Positions 47,587-58,756 of a stretch of 64,000 bases of DNA are shown piece after piece. Source of the stretch: an uncultured Bacteroides sp. (GTDB lineage: Bacteria > Bacteroidota > Bacteroidia > Bacteroidales > Muribaculaceae). Both the position numbers and the translations under genes were made by a program. The stretch is from contig CAYQEN010000003.1 in NCBI GenBank assembly GCA_964416545.1, positions 19,166-83,165 on the forward strand. The letters are read 5' to 3'. Position 1 is the stretch's first letter. Every line of letters starts with the position of its first letter. The notes under the pieces were generated by a model. It was not told the origin of the DNA and searched no databases. It worked only from the letters and a program-made list of their open reading frames with translations.

Positions 47587-47594
47587 TATATTTG
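47587..47594 (+). promoter_or_regulatory. candidate -7 box (TATATTTG) for the GT4 gene
   Basis: A perfect TAnnTTTG lies 28 nt upstream of the ATG at 47622. A second copy sits at 47578-47585. Confidence 0.4.
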
Positions 47595-47621
47595 CGTATT
47601 AATATTTACGATATCTGCCAC

Positions 47622-48671
47622 ATGAATATCATACAGATTACATCAGCCAAATCGTGGGGTTCGAGCGAAAGATACATGCTCGATATATGCCGCGGATTAC
47701 GTACCGAAGGTCACTCCGTCACCGCAATCACCAAGAATGTCGACGCCGTAAAAGAACCGTTCAAAAGTTGCGGCATTCAGGTTGTCACTATGCCACTACT
47801 CGGCGCTGTCGATATCGTAAGCCCCGTACGTCTGGCAAAGCTCTTACGCGACATACGCGATGAGCGTATCATAATACACGTCCACAATTTCGTCGATGCT
47901 GCCATTGCCTCGCGAGCACGTACTCTCGCGCCCGAAGCAAACGTCAAAATCGTCGTTTCGCGACACATCTCCTCACCGGCAAAAAACACTTCACCGGCCA
48001 CTGCCATCTACGACGACATCGACGCTATGATAGTCAATTCCGACTACGTCAAAGCTCGTTTTATCTCCACCGCCCCCAAAATCGAAAGCGGCAAGATCCA
48101 CGTCATAACGCCCGCCACACAGCGTTTCTCTGAAATTTCGGCCGTACAATCAGTGCGCGATTCTGAAATTCTCACGCTCCTCTTTGCCGGTGCCATCACC
48201 CCCGAAAAAGGTCTTTCCAACCTCATCGAATCGCTCTCGGCTGGATGCAAAAACCGCATGCGACTCATCGTCGCCGGACAAGGCGAAGGGCCTACGGTTA
48301 TGCCTCTCATTCGCGCGGCTCGCCATTCCGGTGTTGCCGACATGATCGAATGGCGTGGCGACGTTCCCGATGTCGAAAAGCTTATCGACACCGCCGATGC
48401 AGTCATACTCCCCCACACCGGCACCGAACTCTACGATTGGATGATTACTGCCACTCGCACATACGGTCTGCCGGCAATCGCTTCAGACATTCCCGTCCAT
48501 CGCGAACTGCTTCCGGCCGAATCCACCATCTTCTTCACCCCCGGCTCCACAGCTTCGCTCACCGATGCCATCGGAAAAATGACCGAACAGGGACGTCGAC
48601 AGCCTCATCCCGACGCCACGATGTTCCCCTCATTCATAACTTCCGTAATCTCCTTATACTCCAACATTTGA
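47622..48671 (+). CDS. glycosyltransferase family 4 (GT-B fold)
   Basis: MNIIQITSAKSWGSSERY..., and the C-terminal EX7E-like region (LPHTGTELYDWMITATRTYGLPAI). I chose the ATG at 47622. Confidence 0.8.
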   Translation: MNIIQITSAKSWGSSERYMLDICRGLRTEGHSVTAITKNVDAVKEPFKSCGIQVVTMPLLGAVDIVSPVRLAKLLRDIRDERIIIHVHNFVDAAIASRARTLAPEANVKIVVSRHISSPAKNTSPATAIYDDIDAMIVNSDYVKARFISTAPKIESGKIHVITPATQRFSEISAVQSVRDSEILTLLFAGAITPEKGLSNLIESLSAGCKNRMRLIVAGQGEGPTVMPLIRAARHSGVADMIEWRGDVPDVEKLIDTADAVILPHTGTELYDWMITATRTYGLPAIASDIPVHRELLPAESTIFFTPGSTASLTDAIGKMTEQGRRQPHPDATMFPSFITSVISLYSNI

Positions 48672-48686
48672 CTATCCTCCTCCACC

Positions 48687-50354
48687 ATGCCAGAACTAAA
48701 AGTCTTTTGCACAAACATCAATCGCTACATCGAAATCGAAGGTGGCGAAACTCTCCAAAGCGTATATTCTCGCATAGCTTCCGAGATTCCCTTCACGCCC
48801 ATTTGCGCGCGCGTCAACAATCGTACCGAAGACCTCAACTTCCCGGTTTTCCACCCAAAGCTCGTCGAGTTTCTCCCCATCACATCCTCATCGGGAGAGC
48901 GCACATATATACGCTCGCTCTGCATGGTGCTATATAAAGCTGTCCACGACCTCTTCCCCGATGCCAAGCTTCGTATTGAGCACTCCATTTCGCGTGGATA
49001 CTACTGCTCGCTAAGCGACAACGTCACTTTCGACGACACTGTCGTCGATGCGCTCAGCGCCAAAATGGCCGACATCATCGCTCGCGACATCCCCTTCAAA
49101 CGCCGCGAACAGCTCACCTCCGACGTTATCGAAATGTTCCGTCGCAATGGACTCGACGACAAAGTCACTCTCCTCTCCACAAGCCACGAGCTCTACACCG
49201 TATATTATAAGCTCGACAACGTTGTCGACAGCTACTACGGCTCCCTCGCCCCATCAACTGGCATTCTAAAGACTTTCTCGCTCACTCCATATAAGGATGG
49301 CATGCTCCTCTGCGGATTCGACAGCAAAAATCCCGAACTCCCCCCTCAGCACATCCCACAGGAGAAGATGTTCCTTGCCTTTAAGGACTACCTTGCATTC
49401 AACCGCATTGTCGGTGTCAGAAATGTCGGAGAACTAAACAAAGCCGTCGAACATGGAGACTCTCCCATGCTTATCAACGTCAGCGAAGCTCTCCACGACA
49501 AGCGCATCGCCACTATTGCCGACCACATCACTGAGCGTTTCCGCAACGGCGGAGCTCGCATTGTGCTCATCGCCGGACCCTCCTCGTCGGGCAAGACAAC
49601 ATTTACCAAGCGTCTGGCCATACATCTTATGACCAACCTTCTCGAACCGCAAATGATTTCTCTCGACGACTACTTCGTCGACCGTCATCGTACGCCCCTT
49701 GACGAGAATGGCGAACTCGACTACGAAGCTCTACGCGCTCTCGATGTCGACCTCTTCAATTCCGACCTCAACCGCCTCCTCAATGGCGAAGAAGTCGAAC
49801 TCCCATACTACAATTTCGAAACCGGAAATCGCGAATTCCGTGGCAACCGCATCAAGCTCGGCAACCGTTCGATTCTTCTCATCGAAGGCATCCACGGTCT
49901 GAATCCGGAGCTCACCGAACTCGTACCCGAACAAATGAAATACCGCGTCTACATATCGGCGCTCACAACGATTTCCATCGACGACCACAACTGGATTCCC
50001 ACCACCGACAATCGACTGCTGCGACGCATCATCCGCGACGCCAAATATCGTGGCACAAGCGCTGTCGACACCATACGCCGATGGCCGAGCGTTCGACGCG
50101 GCGAAGAAAAATGGATTTTCCCATATCAGGAAAATGCCGACTCTACATTCAATTCTTCGCTCCTTTTCGAACTTGGCGTCCTCAAGTCTCGCGGAGAAGA
50201 GATTTTGAGCCACGTCCCGCGCAATGTCCCGGAATTTGCCGAAGCTGCGCGTCTACGTACATTCCTCAGCTATTTCACCACTATCAGCGAAGAGTTCATC
50301 CCCTCAACGTCTCTCATTAGGGAATTCCTCGGTGGCTCTTCATTCAAATACTGA
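48687..50354 (+). CDS. uridine/nucleoside kinase-family protein with an N-terminal TGS/ThrRS-like domain
   Basis: P-loop [12 protein letters not shown], a uridine-kinase-like core, and an N-terminal region of about 270 aa resembling the TGS plus second-additional domain. Confidence 0.7.
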   Translation: MPELKVFCTNINRYIEIEGGETLQSVYSRIASEIPFTPICARVNNRTEDLNFPVFHPKLVEFLPITSSSGERTYIRSLCMVLYKAVHDLFPDAKLRIEHSISRGYYCSLSDNVTFDDTVVDALSAKMADIIARDIPFKRREQLTSDVIEMFRRNGLDDKVTLLSTSHELYTVYYKLDNVVDSYYGSLAPSTGILKTFSLTPYKDGMLLCGFDSKNPELPPQHIPQEKMFLAFKDYLAFNRIVGVRNVGELNKAVEHGDSPMLINVSEALHDKRIATIADHITERFRNGGARIVLIAGPSSSGKTTFTKRLAIHLMTNLLEPQMISLDDYFVDRHRTPLDENGELDYEALRALDVDLFNSDLNRLLNGEEVELPYYNFETGNREFRGNRIKLGNRSILLIEGIHGLNPELTELVPEQMKYRVYISALTTISIDDHNWIPTTDNRLLRRIIRDAKYRGTSAVDTIRRWPSVRRGEEKWIFPYQENADSTFNSSLLFELGVLKSRGEEILSHVPRNVPEFAEAARLRTFLSYFTTISEEFIPSTSLIREFLGGSSFKY

Positions 50355-50379
50355 TGGAATTTTGTATTTTTGTGTTCGC

Positions 50380-51048
50380 ATGATTGAAATACGCAACATA
50401 GAGAAGAGCTTTGACCGGCTGAAAGTATTAAAAGGCATTGACCTCGACATCGGCAACGCCGAAATCGTGTCGATTGTTGGACCAAGTGGTGCTGGAAAAA
50501 CCACGCTCCTGCAAATCATCGGCTCGCTTGACCGCCCCGACAGCGGCTCGGTGCGCTTCGACGGCACAGATCTCTTCAGCCTATCCACCTCCAAACTTGC
50601 GCGTTTTCGCAACGTGAACATCGGATTCGTATTTCAATTCCACCAGCTCCTCCCCGAATTTACGATGGAGGAAAACGTCGCCATGCCGGCCATGATTGGC
50701 GGTGCTTCGCGAGCCGAAGCCATTGCAAAAGCTCGCGAACTCATCGACTATCTCGGTCTCTCCGATCGCGCATCCCACCGACCCGCACAGCTCTCCGGAG
50801 GCGAACGTCAACGCGCCGCCGTTGCTCGCGCGCTCATCAACAATCCGCGCGTCATCCTCGCCGACGAACCGTCTGGAAGCCTCGACTCCCACAATCGCGA
50901 CGAGCTCCACAAACTATTCTTCGACCTGCGCCGTGACATGGGACACACATTCGTTATTGTAACCCACGACGAATCGCTTGCACAAAAAGCCGATCGACGC
51001 ATATCCATGCGCGACGGTCTCATCACCGAAATCACCTCAAACCTATGA
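50380..51048 (+). CDS. ABC transporter ATP-binding protein (LolD/MacB-type)
   Basis: Walker [10 protein letters not shown], the signature LSGGERQR, and Walker B ILADEP. I chose the ATG at 50380. Confidence 0.8.
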   Translation: MIEIRNIEKSFDRLKVLKGIDLDIGNAEIVSIVGPSGAGKTTLLQIIGSLDRPDSGSVRFDGTDLFSLSTSKLARFRNVNIGFVFQFHQLLPEFTMEENVAMPAMIGGASRAEAIAKARELIDYLGLSDRASHRPAQLSGGERQRAAVARALINNPRVILADEPSGSLDSHNRDELHKLFFDLRRDMGHTFVIVTHDESLAQKADRRISMRDGLITEITSNL

Positions 51049-51719
51049 ACATCTTCTCTCGCATACTCCTATCGTCATCTCTGTTGATAGCTGCCTCCGC
51101 ATGCTCCGACAGCGACACCGACGGCGTAGGCATGGAGATGTACCAAGACATAGTCACGTTATCCCAACTTGGCTCCAACTCATCGACTTTCGACTTTCAG
51201 GTTGTCGACGACTCCCCTCTCGTCACTCTCACTGCCGATGTCCGACTAAACCCCGAAAAATTCCCCGTAGGAGCTCGACTTTTCATCACCTACACCTCTC
51301 CTTCCACCACCTACGGACAGAACGCCCACATCAGCCTATACGCCGTCAGCCGCATCTACGAAGCATCGCTCGTTGCCGATGGCTCCTCACATGTGCCCGA
51401 ATGGTGGGACAACGAACCCGTTGCCGTCACCACGCTCTACCGCTCAGGCTCATACATCAACCTTATAGCGCAAATCGACAACTCCGAAAATCGCTCTTTC
51501 TACATTGCCCCCGATGCGGACGCGCTCTCCTCTTCGCAGCCGGAAATATACATCTACACTAAAAGTAACGCCGGCGATGCCGACATCTACAAACGCCGCA
51601 CCGTTGCGTCTTTCTCTATTGCCGACATCTGGTCGCGACCCGACGTCACCGCCGTTACCGTTCACATTGCCAATTCTGAAAATCCATACAAAACATCATT
51701 TAAATTCAATAAAAAATAA
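51045..51719 (+). CDS. lipoprotein, possibly NigD-like
   Basis: Lipobox [10 protein letters not shown], about 224 aa. The NigD-like call is from memory of that family's size and N-terminal pattern. Its start overlaps the ATPase stop (ATGA). Confidence 0.4.
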   Translation: MNIFSRILLSSSLLIAASACSDSDTDGVGMEMYQDIVTLSQLGSNSSTFDFQVVDDSPLVTLTADVRLNPEKFPVGARLFITYTSPSTTYGQNAHISLYAVSRIYEASLVADGSSHVPEWWDNEPVAVTTLYRSGSYINLIAQIDNSENRSFYIAPDADALSSSQPEIYIYTKSNAGDADIYKRRTVASFSIADIWSRPDVTAVTVHIANSENPYKTSFKFNKK

Positions 51720-51725
51720 AACATC

Positions 51726-52055
51726 ATGGAAAAACAGCAAAATGAGATAAAAATCGAAGTATCACCCGAAGTTTCGGGAGGAACATATTCCAACCTCGCC
51801 ATCATCACTCACGGCGCAAACGAATTCTTCCTCGACTTCATCACCATGGCTCCCAACATGCCGAGCGCAAAAGTACAGAGTCGCATTGTCATGACTCCCG
51901 AAAACGCAAAAAATCTCCTCGGCGCTCTCATCGAAAACGTCAAGAAATATGAAGCCACATTTGGCGAAATTAAGCCTAAAACGCCCATCAACCGTGGCGG
52001 TGGCAATCATGGTGGCGAAATCCCCAACCCCTTCATGAACGGCGGAATGGCCTGA
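51726..52055 (+). CDS. DUF3467 domain-containing protein
   Basis: [27 protein letters not shown]...[13 protein letters not shown] matches my memory of DUF3467. Confidence 0.7.
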   Translation: MEKQQNEIKIEVSPEVSGGTYSNLAIITHGANEFFLDFITMAPNMPSAKVQSRIVMTPENAKNLLGALIENVKKYEATFGEIKPKTPINRGGGNHGGEIPNPFMNGGMA

Positions 52056-52072
52056 TACAACCAAATCCCGAA

Positions 52073-53557
52073 ATGATAGAAAACAACTTTACAATCTACA
52101 ACTCCCTGAGCCGACAGAAAGAGCTCTTCCGACCCATCCACGAAGGACGTGTCGGCATGTACGTCTGCGGCCCTACCGTATATGGCGACGGACATCTTGG
52201 ACATGCTCGTCCGGCTATCACATTCGACATTCTCTACCGCTACCTGACCCACCTCGGATATAAGGTGCGATACGTACGAAACATCACCGATGTCGGACAC
52301 CTCGAACACGATGCCGACGAAGGCGAAGACAAAATCGCAAAAAAAGCGCGACTCGAAAGTCTCGAACCGATGGAAGTAGTCCAGTACTACCTCAATCGCT
52401 ACCATCACGCTATGGACGAACTGAACGTCCTTCCGCCATCGATCGAGCCTCACGCCTCCGGACACATCATCGAGCAGATTGAATACATCAAAAAGATTAT
52501 CGATGCCGGATACGCCTACGAAAGCAACGGTTCCGTCTACTTCGACGTTCCTCGCTACAATCGCGACCACAACTACGGAAAACTATCCGGCCGAAACATC
52601 GACGAGCTTCTCTCGCAGACTCGCTCCCTCGACGGACAGCAGGAAAAGAGAAACCCCGCCGACTTCGCTCTCTGGAAAAAAGCCGCTCCCGAACACATCA
52701 TGCGATGGCCTTCTCCGTGGAGCGACGGATTCCCCGGATGGCACCTCGAATGCTCCACTATGGGCGAAAAATACCTCGGCGAAACATTCGATATCCACGG
52801 TGGTGGCATGGACCTCAAATTCCCTCACCACGAATGCGAAATCGCGCAATCTGTAGCCCACAACGGACACGACTCCGTTCACTACTGGATGCACAACAAC
52901 ATGATTACCATCAACGGACAGAAGATGGGCAAATCGCTCGGCAACTTCATCACTCTCGATGAATTCTTCACGGGCTCTCACCCTCTCCTCGCTCAAGCCT
53001 ACTCGCCGATGACCATTCGTTTCTTCATCCTGCAAGCTCACTACCGTGGCACCGTCGACTTCAGCAACGAAGCTCTACAAGGCGCTGAGAAGGCTCTCAC
53101 TCGCATGACCGAAGGATACCGACGCATTGCATCACTCAAACCCTCCGAGACGTCTACAATCGACGTAAATGCCCTTCGCGCGAAATGCTACGAAGCGCTC
53201 GACGACGACATGAACACCCCCATTCTCCTCTCCCACCTGTTCGACGCCGTTGCAATCGTCAATCGCATCAACGACGGACACGATTCCGCTACTGCTGAGG
53301 ATATTAACGCACTTCGCGACCTCTTCACCACCTTCCTGCGCGATATTCTCGGCATTCGAACCGAAATCACAGGTTCCGCCGACAGCTCGGCTTCCACAAA
53401 ACCGTTTGAAGAAGCCGTCGACCTCCTGCTTCAGATTCGTTCCGAAGCGAAAGCGCGAAAAGACTGGGCAACAAGCGATCTCATACGCAACCGGCTCGCC
53501 GAAATCGGCTTCAACGTCAAAGACACAAAAGACGGATTCGAGTGGAGCCTCAAATAA
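52073..53557 (+). CDS. cysS: cysteine--tRNA ligase
   Basis: [18 protein letters not shown] (HIGH), [15 protein letters not shown] (KMSKS). Confidence 0.97.
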   Translation: MIENNFTIYNSLSRQKELFRPIHEGRVGMYVCGPTVYGDGHLGHARPAITFDILYRYLTHLGYKVRYVRNITDVGHLEHDADEGEDKIAKKARLESLEPMEVVQYYLNRYHHAMDELNVLPPSIEPHASGHIIEQIEYIKKIIDAGYAYESNGSVYFDVPRYNRDHNYGKLSGRNIDELLSQTRSLDGQQEKRNPADFALWKKAAPEHIMRWPSPWSDGFPGWHLECSTMGEKYLGETFDIHGGGMDLKFPHHECEIAQSVAHNGHDSVHYWMHNNMITINGQKMGKSLGNFITLDEFFTGSHPLLAQAYSPMTIRFFILQAHYRGTVDFSNEALQGAEKALTRMTEGYRRIASLKPSETSTIDVNALRAKCYEALDDDMNTPILLSHLFDAVAIVNRINDGHDSATAEDINALRDLFTTFLRDILGIRTEITGSADSSASTKPFEEAVDLLLQIRSEAKARKDWATSDLIRNRLAEIGFNVKDTKDGFEWSLK

Positions 53558-53593
53558 TCGTTAGCCCCACCCAATCCTAAACTCATCATCGCT

Positions 53594-53633
53594 GGCGGAG
53601 TGTCGAAAATAATTCGACACTCCGCCACTTTTT
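53594..53633 (+). terminator. rho-independent terminator after cysS
   Basis: A perfect 14-bp stem ggcggagtgtcgaa/ttcgacactccgcc is followed by acTTTTT. Confidence 0.75.
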
Positions 53634-53654
53634 CATCCCACTCCACATCCGCCC

Positions 53655-53690
53655 AAAAATACAAATGGCCACACCCTCAGGTGCAGCCAT
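53655..53690 (-). terminator. rho-independent terminator after the tonB operon
   Basis: The minus strand reads ATGGCTGCACC-TGAG-GGTGTGGCCAT (11 bp including 2 G-U pairs) followed by TTGTATTTTT. Confidence 0.65.
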
Positions 53691-53712
53691 TCGCCATATA
53701 CTTTGCTATATA

Positions 53713-54522
53713 CTACTTAAAGCGATATGTTATCGAGCCGACTTGCGATGCAGGGCCATTAAGATCAACCGAAAATTGCGACTGCATGGCTGCACGCTCG
53801 CAGCTTGTACGTGCCGCCGGGAGCGATGCCACAGCACCTGTACCGCCCGAATAGCGAGCACTTGTCACACGGCCGTTGCGATCCACACGCACCGTCACCG
53901 TAATCGTTCCCGTAGCCGTAGCCGCAGGTTTTGCCCACTTTTCGAGTGAACGACCGCCAAGCTTACCACTTGCCATTCCGTTTCTTGCACCTTGACGTTC
54001 TCCGGCTGGTGAATCCGAACCGCCATCGCCGTTACCACCGGCTGTAGCTTTTCCGAAATTCACACGGTCACTGATATTTCGAGCCGTTTCCTTCTCTTTT
54101 TTAGCCTTTTCGCGAGCGGCAATCTCCTCCTTCGACGGACCCGTCTTCTCTGGCTTCGGCTTTTTCTTGACCTTTGCCGGCGACGGACGTTCCGAAGTCA
54201 ACACCGGAGCTGGTTCCGGAGCCTTCTCTCCGGCATTTTCAAGGTCGGTAGCCTCATGTGCTGGCGCACTTTCTGCCACCGGAGCCGGTTCCGATACCTC
54301 CGTGACTGGCGACATATCGCCGGTTATCACAAACTCATCGGCAAAGAGTAGCTCGCTTGAATCCACCGGTGGCCATGTGCGCTCTGTCGTCGACGATAGC
54401 CCGGGCAGATACGTAAGATAGAGCATCGTAAGCACCACATACGTACCGACCGCCGACGCCAACGCCACAAACAGTGCTATCAGGCGCGACCGATTGCTAT
54501 TATTGTTGTTTCTGCTGTTCAT
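53713..54522 (-). CDS. tonB: energy transducer TonB
   Basis: N-terminal TM anchor, a Pro/Glu/Lys-rich spacer, and a C-terminal TonB domain (GTITVTVRVDRNGRVTSARY...ITYRFK). An alternative upstream start is at 54576. Confidence 0.75.
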   Translation of the reverse strand: MNSRNNNNSNRSRLIALFVALASAVGTYVVLTMLYLTYLPGLSSTTERTWPPVDSSELLFADEFVITGDMSPVTEVSEPAPVAESAPAHEATDLENAGEKAPEPAPVLTSERPSPAKVKKKPKPEKTGPSKEEIAAREKAKKEKETARNISDRVNFGKATAGGNGDGGSDSPAGERQGARNGMASGKLGGRSLEKWAKPAATATGTITVTVRVDRNGRVTSARYSGGTGAVASLPAARTSCERAAMQSQFSVDLNGPASQVGSITYRFK

Positions 54523-54982
54523 TAGTACCGTCTGCTGATTCTGGACGTGCCGACGTCGGTGCAGGCTTGGTTGCAAGCACCATCTTCAGATTATTTCGAG
54601 CGCCGAGGTCGAGCACCTCGACGAGCTTTCCGTAAGTCACCTCTTCGTCAGCATAGATTGCTATCACTCCCCCATCGGCTTCGGTAGCTTGCGCGGCCGC
54701 AAGCTGAAGAAACCCGAGCAACTCATCCGTCGAGCGCACCATGATTGGCTCGTCGCCCGAATCGGCAAGCGACACCGCCATATTCATCTCGCGGTCGATA
54801 TACACGCGTGTCGACGGCTTTATTGCCGTTTGTTCCGAGCTCTGAGGCAGGTTGATTTCCAACGCTGTCGGAAACACGAACGTGCTCGTCACCATGAAGA
54901 AGATGAGCAAAAGAAAGATGACGTCGGTCATCGATGCCATTGAGAACATCGACGTCATTTCATATGAGCGTTTGAGTGCCAT
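54500..54982 (-). CDS. exbD: biopolymer transporter ExbD
   Basis: SMTDVIFLLLIFFMVTSTF is the family TM motif. About 160 aa. Confidence 0.85.
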   Translation of the reverse strand: MALKRSYEMTSMFSMASMTDVIFLLLIFFMVTSTFVFPTALEINLPQSSEQTAIKPSTRVYIDREMNMAVSLADSGDEPIMVRSTDELLGFLQLAAAQATEADGGVIAIYADEEVTYGKLVEVLDLGARNNLKMVLATKPAPTSARPESADGTNEQQKQQ

Positions 54983-54991
54983 TGTCGTTAT

Positions 54992-55732
54992 TTAAGCCGC
55001 AGGCTCATTGAGCAGGTCCATAAATTCCATTGTCTTGCTTTCAAGAGAGTTCATCACTCCGTTGATGCGAGCCACAAGATAGTTGTAGCCGAACATCGTT
55101 ATGATTCCGACCACCAGACCGGCCACGGTTGTCACAAGTGCCTCATAGATACCGCCGGCAAGCACATCGATATTTGCGCTGCTTCCTGCGCTGGCAAGAT
55201 TATAGAACGCCTCAACCATACCGGTCACAGTTCCCAGAAATCCGAGCATCGGCGCACCGGCGGCCGATGTTGCAAGCCAGGGAAGGCCCTTGCCAAGGCT
55301 GGCAACTTCGATATTACCTACATTTTCAATTGCTACGAGCACGTCATTCATCGGGCGACCAATACGGCTGATACCCTTAGCGATAAGACGTGAATACGAC
55401 GTATTGGTACGCTTACACAGATTAAGTGCCGACTCCATTTCGCCATCGTGAATATAATCCTTGATGCGCTCCATAAACGAAGCATCCTCACGTGCAGCTG
55501 CACGAATCACGATTGCGCGCTCCACGAATATATAGATACTGATAAGCATCAGCAACGCGAGGACTATCATTATCGGGCCGCCCTGCTGGCAAAGTTCCCA
55601 AACCGACATCGACTGCTCCACCGGAGCGACTGCCTTTGCTGTTTCATTCACGACAGGGGCATAAGTGCCTGCCGCCTGACCGAGCGTATCGGCCACCTGC
55701 TGAGACACTGACTGAATAGCTGTGAAAATCAT
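54992..55732 (-). CDS. exbB: MotA/TolQ/ExbB proton-channel family protein
   Basis: The C-terminal motif is AAGAPMLGFLGTVTGMVEAF...ALVTTVAGLVVGI. Confidence 0.85.
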   Translation of the reverse strand: MIFTAIQSVSQQVADTLGQAAGTYAPVVNETAKAVAPVEQSMSVWELCQQGGPIMIVLALLMLISIYIFVERAIVIRAAAREDASFMERIKDYIHDGEMESALNLCKRTNTSYSRLIAKGISRIGRPMNDVLVAIENVGNIEVASLGKGLPWLATSAAGAPMLGFLGTVTGMVEAFYNLASAGSSANIDVLAGGIYEALVTTVAGLVVGIITMFGYNYLVARINGVMNSLESKTMEFMDLLNEPAA

Positions 55733-55764
55733 AGGTATATTTAGTTGTTATTTTTCGATTTTAG

Positions 55765-56478
55765 TTAAACCAAGCAAGCCTTATAGCGACGTATAGCCTC
55801 CTCGATTCCGATATACAACGCATCCGAAATCAGGGCATGGCCTATCGACACCTCATTGAGATAAGGCAATTTTGAACAGAAAAATTGCAAATTAGCCAGA
55901 TTCAAGTCATGACCGGCATTTACGCCAAGACCGCAACGGTGAGCCACATCGCTTGCTGCAACAAACGGTGCCACGGCGCTCTCTGGGTCTTTCGCATACA
56001 TATCCGCATACGGCTTCGTATAAAGCTCCACACGGTCAGCACCGGCACGGGCGGCATCACGGATAGGCTCCTCCTCCGCCGACACGAATATCGACGAGCG
56101 AATGCCGGCATCGCGAAGACGGTCTATGACATCGGTCAGAAACTCCAAATTCGCTCCGACGTCCCAACCCTCGTGCGATGTCAGATCCGACGGTGCATCT
56201 GGCACCAGCGTCACCTGTTCGGGCTTCACCTTCAGCACCAGCTCCATAAACTCGGGCGAGGGATAACCCTCGATATTAAACTCGGTCTTCACCAACGGAC
56301 GCAACGCATACACATCGGCATACTTGATATGACGTTCATCGGGACGCGGATGCACAGTGATGCCGTTGGCACCCATACGCTCACAATCTGAGGCAAACTG
56401 CTCCACATCGGGCACATTCTCGCCACGCGCATTTCGCAGTGTGGCTACCTTATTGATATTAACGCTTAAATTAGTCAT
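55765..56478 (-). CDS. pdxJ: pyridoxine 5'-phosphate synthase
   Basis: [42 protein letters not shown]. Confidence 0.95.
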   Translation of the reverse strand: MTNLSVNINKVATLRNARGENVPDVEQFASDCERMGANGITVHPRPDERHIKYADVYALRPLVKTEFNIEGYPSPEFMELVLKVKPEQVTLVPDAPSDLTSHEGWDVGANLEFLTDVIDRLRDAGIRSSIFVSAEEEPIRDAARAGADRVELYTKPYADMYAKDPESAVAPFVAASDVAHRCGLGVNAGHDLNLANLQFFCSKLPYLNEVSIGHALISDALYIGIEEAIRRYKACLV

Positions 56479-56559
56479 TTGCTTTTTCTGGAAGTAATGG
56501 TAAACAAGCCTTCGGGGCTATGCGTTAAGACTATGTGAACGAATATCGGGAATTATTCC

Positions 56560-56567
56560 TAAATTTG
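56560..56567 (+). promoter_or_regulatory. candidate -7 box (TAAATTTG) for the ACT-like ORF / nadK unit
   Basis: A perfect TAnnTTTG lies 60 nt upstream of 56628. A divergent TAATTTTG on the minus strand at 56592-56599 may serve pdxJ. Confidence 0.4.
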
Positions 56568-56627
56568 CAATTCGACACCATAGTCCGACTGCAAAATTAG
56601 ATAGAAAAAAGGTAAATTTAAAGCGAA

Positions 56628-57026
56628 TTGACACCAAAAGATTTCATACTATCCGAAAACGAAGAATCGGCACAGCAACTCGCTTCTTCGCCACTACATT
56701 CCGAAGAGCTTCTCTTTCCTCCCAACGAGGATAGTTGCGAGCTTTCCGTCGTTTGTTCGCGTGCCGACTATAGCGCCTCGCGCATTGCTCATGCCGTCGA
56801 AGACTGCGACGCTCACCTCATCAACCTCAACGTCACTTCCACTCCCCACTGCGACGATTCTGTCTCCATTCTGCTTCGCATCGGTCTTCGAAATCCCGCC
56901 GGTGTCATCCGATCGCTCGAACGCTACGGCTACCGTGTCACGGCCATCCACAGTTGCCTCGACCCTCTGACCGACGACTCTATTACTGAGCGTATTAACC
57001 AACTCATTGCCCGACTCGAAGTCTAA
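56628..57026 (+). CDS. hypothetical protein with an ACT-like small-molecule-binding fold; apparent TTG start
   Basis: This is the only long ORF in the gap and it is co-directional with nadK. The pattern ELSVVC...AHLINLNV...SILLRIGL...VIRSLERYGYRV looks beta-alpha-beta-beta-alpha-beta. The ORF has no in-frame ATG anywhere. Confidence 0.4.
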   Translation: MTPKDFILSENEESAQQLASSPLHSEELLFPPNEDSCELSVVCSRADYSASRIAHAVEDCDAHLINLNVTSTPHCDDSVSILLRIGLRNPAGVIRSLERYGYRVTAIHSCLDPLTDDSITERINQLIARLEV

Positions 57027-57039
57027 TTCCCTCCCACGA

Positions 57040-57918
57040 ATGATTACAATAGCTCTTTTTGGTAGCCGACATCAAGACGCCCACGCCGACGCCCTCATGC
57101 GTTTTATCGATACTCTCGGAGCGCACTCTTCCGACATTCGACTCACCATCGAACAGCGCTTCTGCTCTTATCTCGAACAGTCGCTCGACATCCACCCCTC
57201 GGCCGATACGTTCAGCAGGCTCGACTATGCCCCCGACCTCGCTCTTAGCATCGGTGGCGATGGCACTTTCCTCCGCGTCGCTCGCATCGTCGGGGCTCTC
57301 GGCACACCAATCATGGGCATCAACTCCGGCCACCTCGGCTACCTGTCGGCAGCAAGCATCACCGAGTGCGATACCGTTGTCAGCGACATCATCAACCACC
57401 GCTACTCCGTTGAGCCGCGATCTCTTATCGCCATCAGCTCCGACTGCACCGACGCTCTTCCCGACACCCTGTATGCCCTCAACGAAGTCGCCATTCTGCG
57501 GCGCGACACGGCCTCTATGATTTCCATCGATGCTACTCTCGACGACCTCCCACTTGCCACATACCGTGGCGACGGTCTCATCGTGTCTACTCCCACCGGT
57601 AGCACAGGCTACAATCTTTCGGTTGGCGGACCGCTCGTTGCCCCAAAAACTCCCTGCTGGATTATATCCCCGGTAGCACCTCACTCGCTCACCATGCGAC
57701 CGCTCGTCGTCAACGACACTGCGCAACTGCAACTCGTTTCACACTCTCGCTCCGAAACCTACATGCTCAGCATCGACGGCAAAGCCACCATTATGCCCGA
57801 ACGCTCGGCTCTTTTCATCAGTCGTGCCCCATTCTGCATCAATGTCGTTCATCGTCACGGACAGACTTTTGCCGCCACAATTCGCACCAAACTCCTCTGG
57901 GGATCCGACCGTCAATGA
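57040..57918 (+). CDS. nadK: NAD kinase
   Basis: GGDGTFLR, NSGHLGYL, STPTGSTGYNLSVGGP. Confidence 0.92.
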   Translation: MITIALFGSRHQDAHADALMRFIDTLGAHSSDIRLTIEQRFCSYLEQSLDIHPSADTFSRLDYAPDLALSIGGDGTFLRVARIVGALGTPIMGINSGHLGYLSAASITECDTVVSDIINHRYSVEPRSLIAISSDCTDALPDTLYALNEVAILRRDTASMISIDATLDDLPLATYRGDGLIVSTPTGSTGYNLSVGGPLVAPKTPCWIISPVAPHSLTMRPLVVNDTAQLQLVSHSRSETYMLSIDGKATIMPERSALFISRAPFCINVVHRHGQTFAATIRTKLLWGSDRQ

Positions 57919-58652
57919 TTTTTCGCTCCTCTCAGCGCGTCAACGCTTCTTTTCGCGCCACACACCCCATCCTCGGCGCGATTCACGTTGTGGCAAGTCG
58001 CTCGGCGCGTCACATCTCCGCCCGACGCAATTCGCGCGAAACGCGCATCACCGTCCCCCTCGGCATTGAAATGTCGCTTGTCCAAAAAGCCATCGACGCC
58101 TTTGCTCCTCGACTCCGCGCCCCTGAACAGCCCAACTATTTCCTCTCCGGCACCGTCATCGACTGCACCGAATTTCGCATCCTCATCTCCCACTCCTCCA
58201 CCCATCCCACGTCTATCCGACTCGACCGACGTGTCAACCGCACCGACAAGCAGACTACCATCTTCATCGGCAAATCGCTCGACCCGACCAACCCCGACAT
58301 TGCCGAATCTATAGTCCGTATCATCTTGCGTATCTGCGCTTTACATGCAAATCTCTCCCTCCGCACATTGCAACTTGCCGACCGATTCAATCTCAAACCG
58401 CGCAAAATCGAAATCGGATTCGGGCGCAAAACTCTCGGAACGTGTAGTTCTCAAGGAGTTATCCGACTTTCGGCAGCTCTCATGCTCCTCCCACACCATC
58501 TCCGCGACTACGTTATCTGCCATGAACTTGCCCACCTCACCGAAATGAACCACTCTTCTCGTTTTCACGCCCTTTGCGACACCTACTGCCTCGGAAAGGC
58601 CCGACATCTCGAAAAAGAGCTCAAAGCTTTCTCTTGGCCCATCCCCCGCTGA
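57915..58652 (+). CDS. YgjP-like (DUF45) M48-family metallopeptidase
   Basis: HELAHLTEMNHSSRF is an HExxH motif in the typical C-terminal context. It overlaps the nadK stop (ATGA). Confidence 0.8.
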   Translation: MIFRSSQRVNASFRATHPILGAIHVVASRSARHISARRNSRETRITVPLGIEMSLVQKAIDAFAPRLRAPEQPNYFLSGTVIDCTEFRILISHSSTHPTSIRLDRRVNRTDKQTTIFIGKSLDPTNPDIAESIVRIILRICALHANLSLRTLQLADRFNLKPRKIEIGFGRKTLGTCSSQGVIRLSAALMLLPHHLRDYVICHELAHLTEMNHSSRFHALCDTYCLGKARHLEKELKAFSWPIPR

Positions 58653-58704
58653 CCTTTTGTGTTAATAAAACTAAGCGATTGACAGATAATCGACAATAAA
58701 ACGC

Positions 58705-58712
58705 TACCTTTG
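58705..58712 (+). promoter_or_regulatory. candidate -7 box (TACCTTTG) for the DUF2723 gene
   Basis: A perfect TAnnTTTG lies 45 nt upstream of the ATG at 58757. Confidence 0.45.
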
Positions 58713-58756
58713 CGTTGCTTTAGTGTCGACTTTTGCCGATTACTACCAATCCGCTT

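Noticed and set aside
53713-55732. The MotA/ExbB-ExbD pair as a Zorya-like or other proton-channel-driven defence module.
   Set aside because: The pair is followed by a bona fide TonB and preceded by pdxJ, which I recall as a conserved housekeeping block in Bacteroidales. There are no large effector genes.
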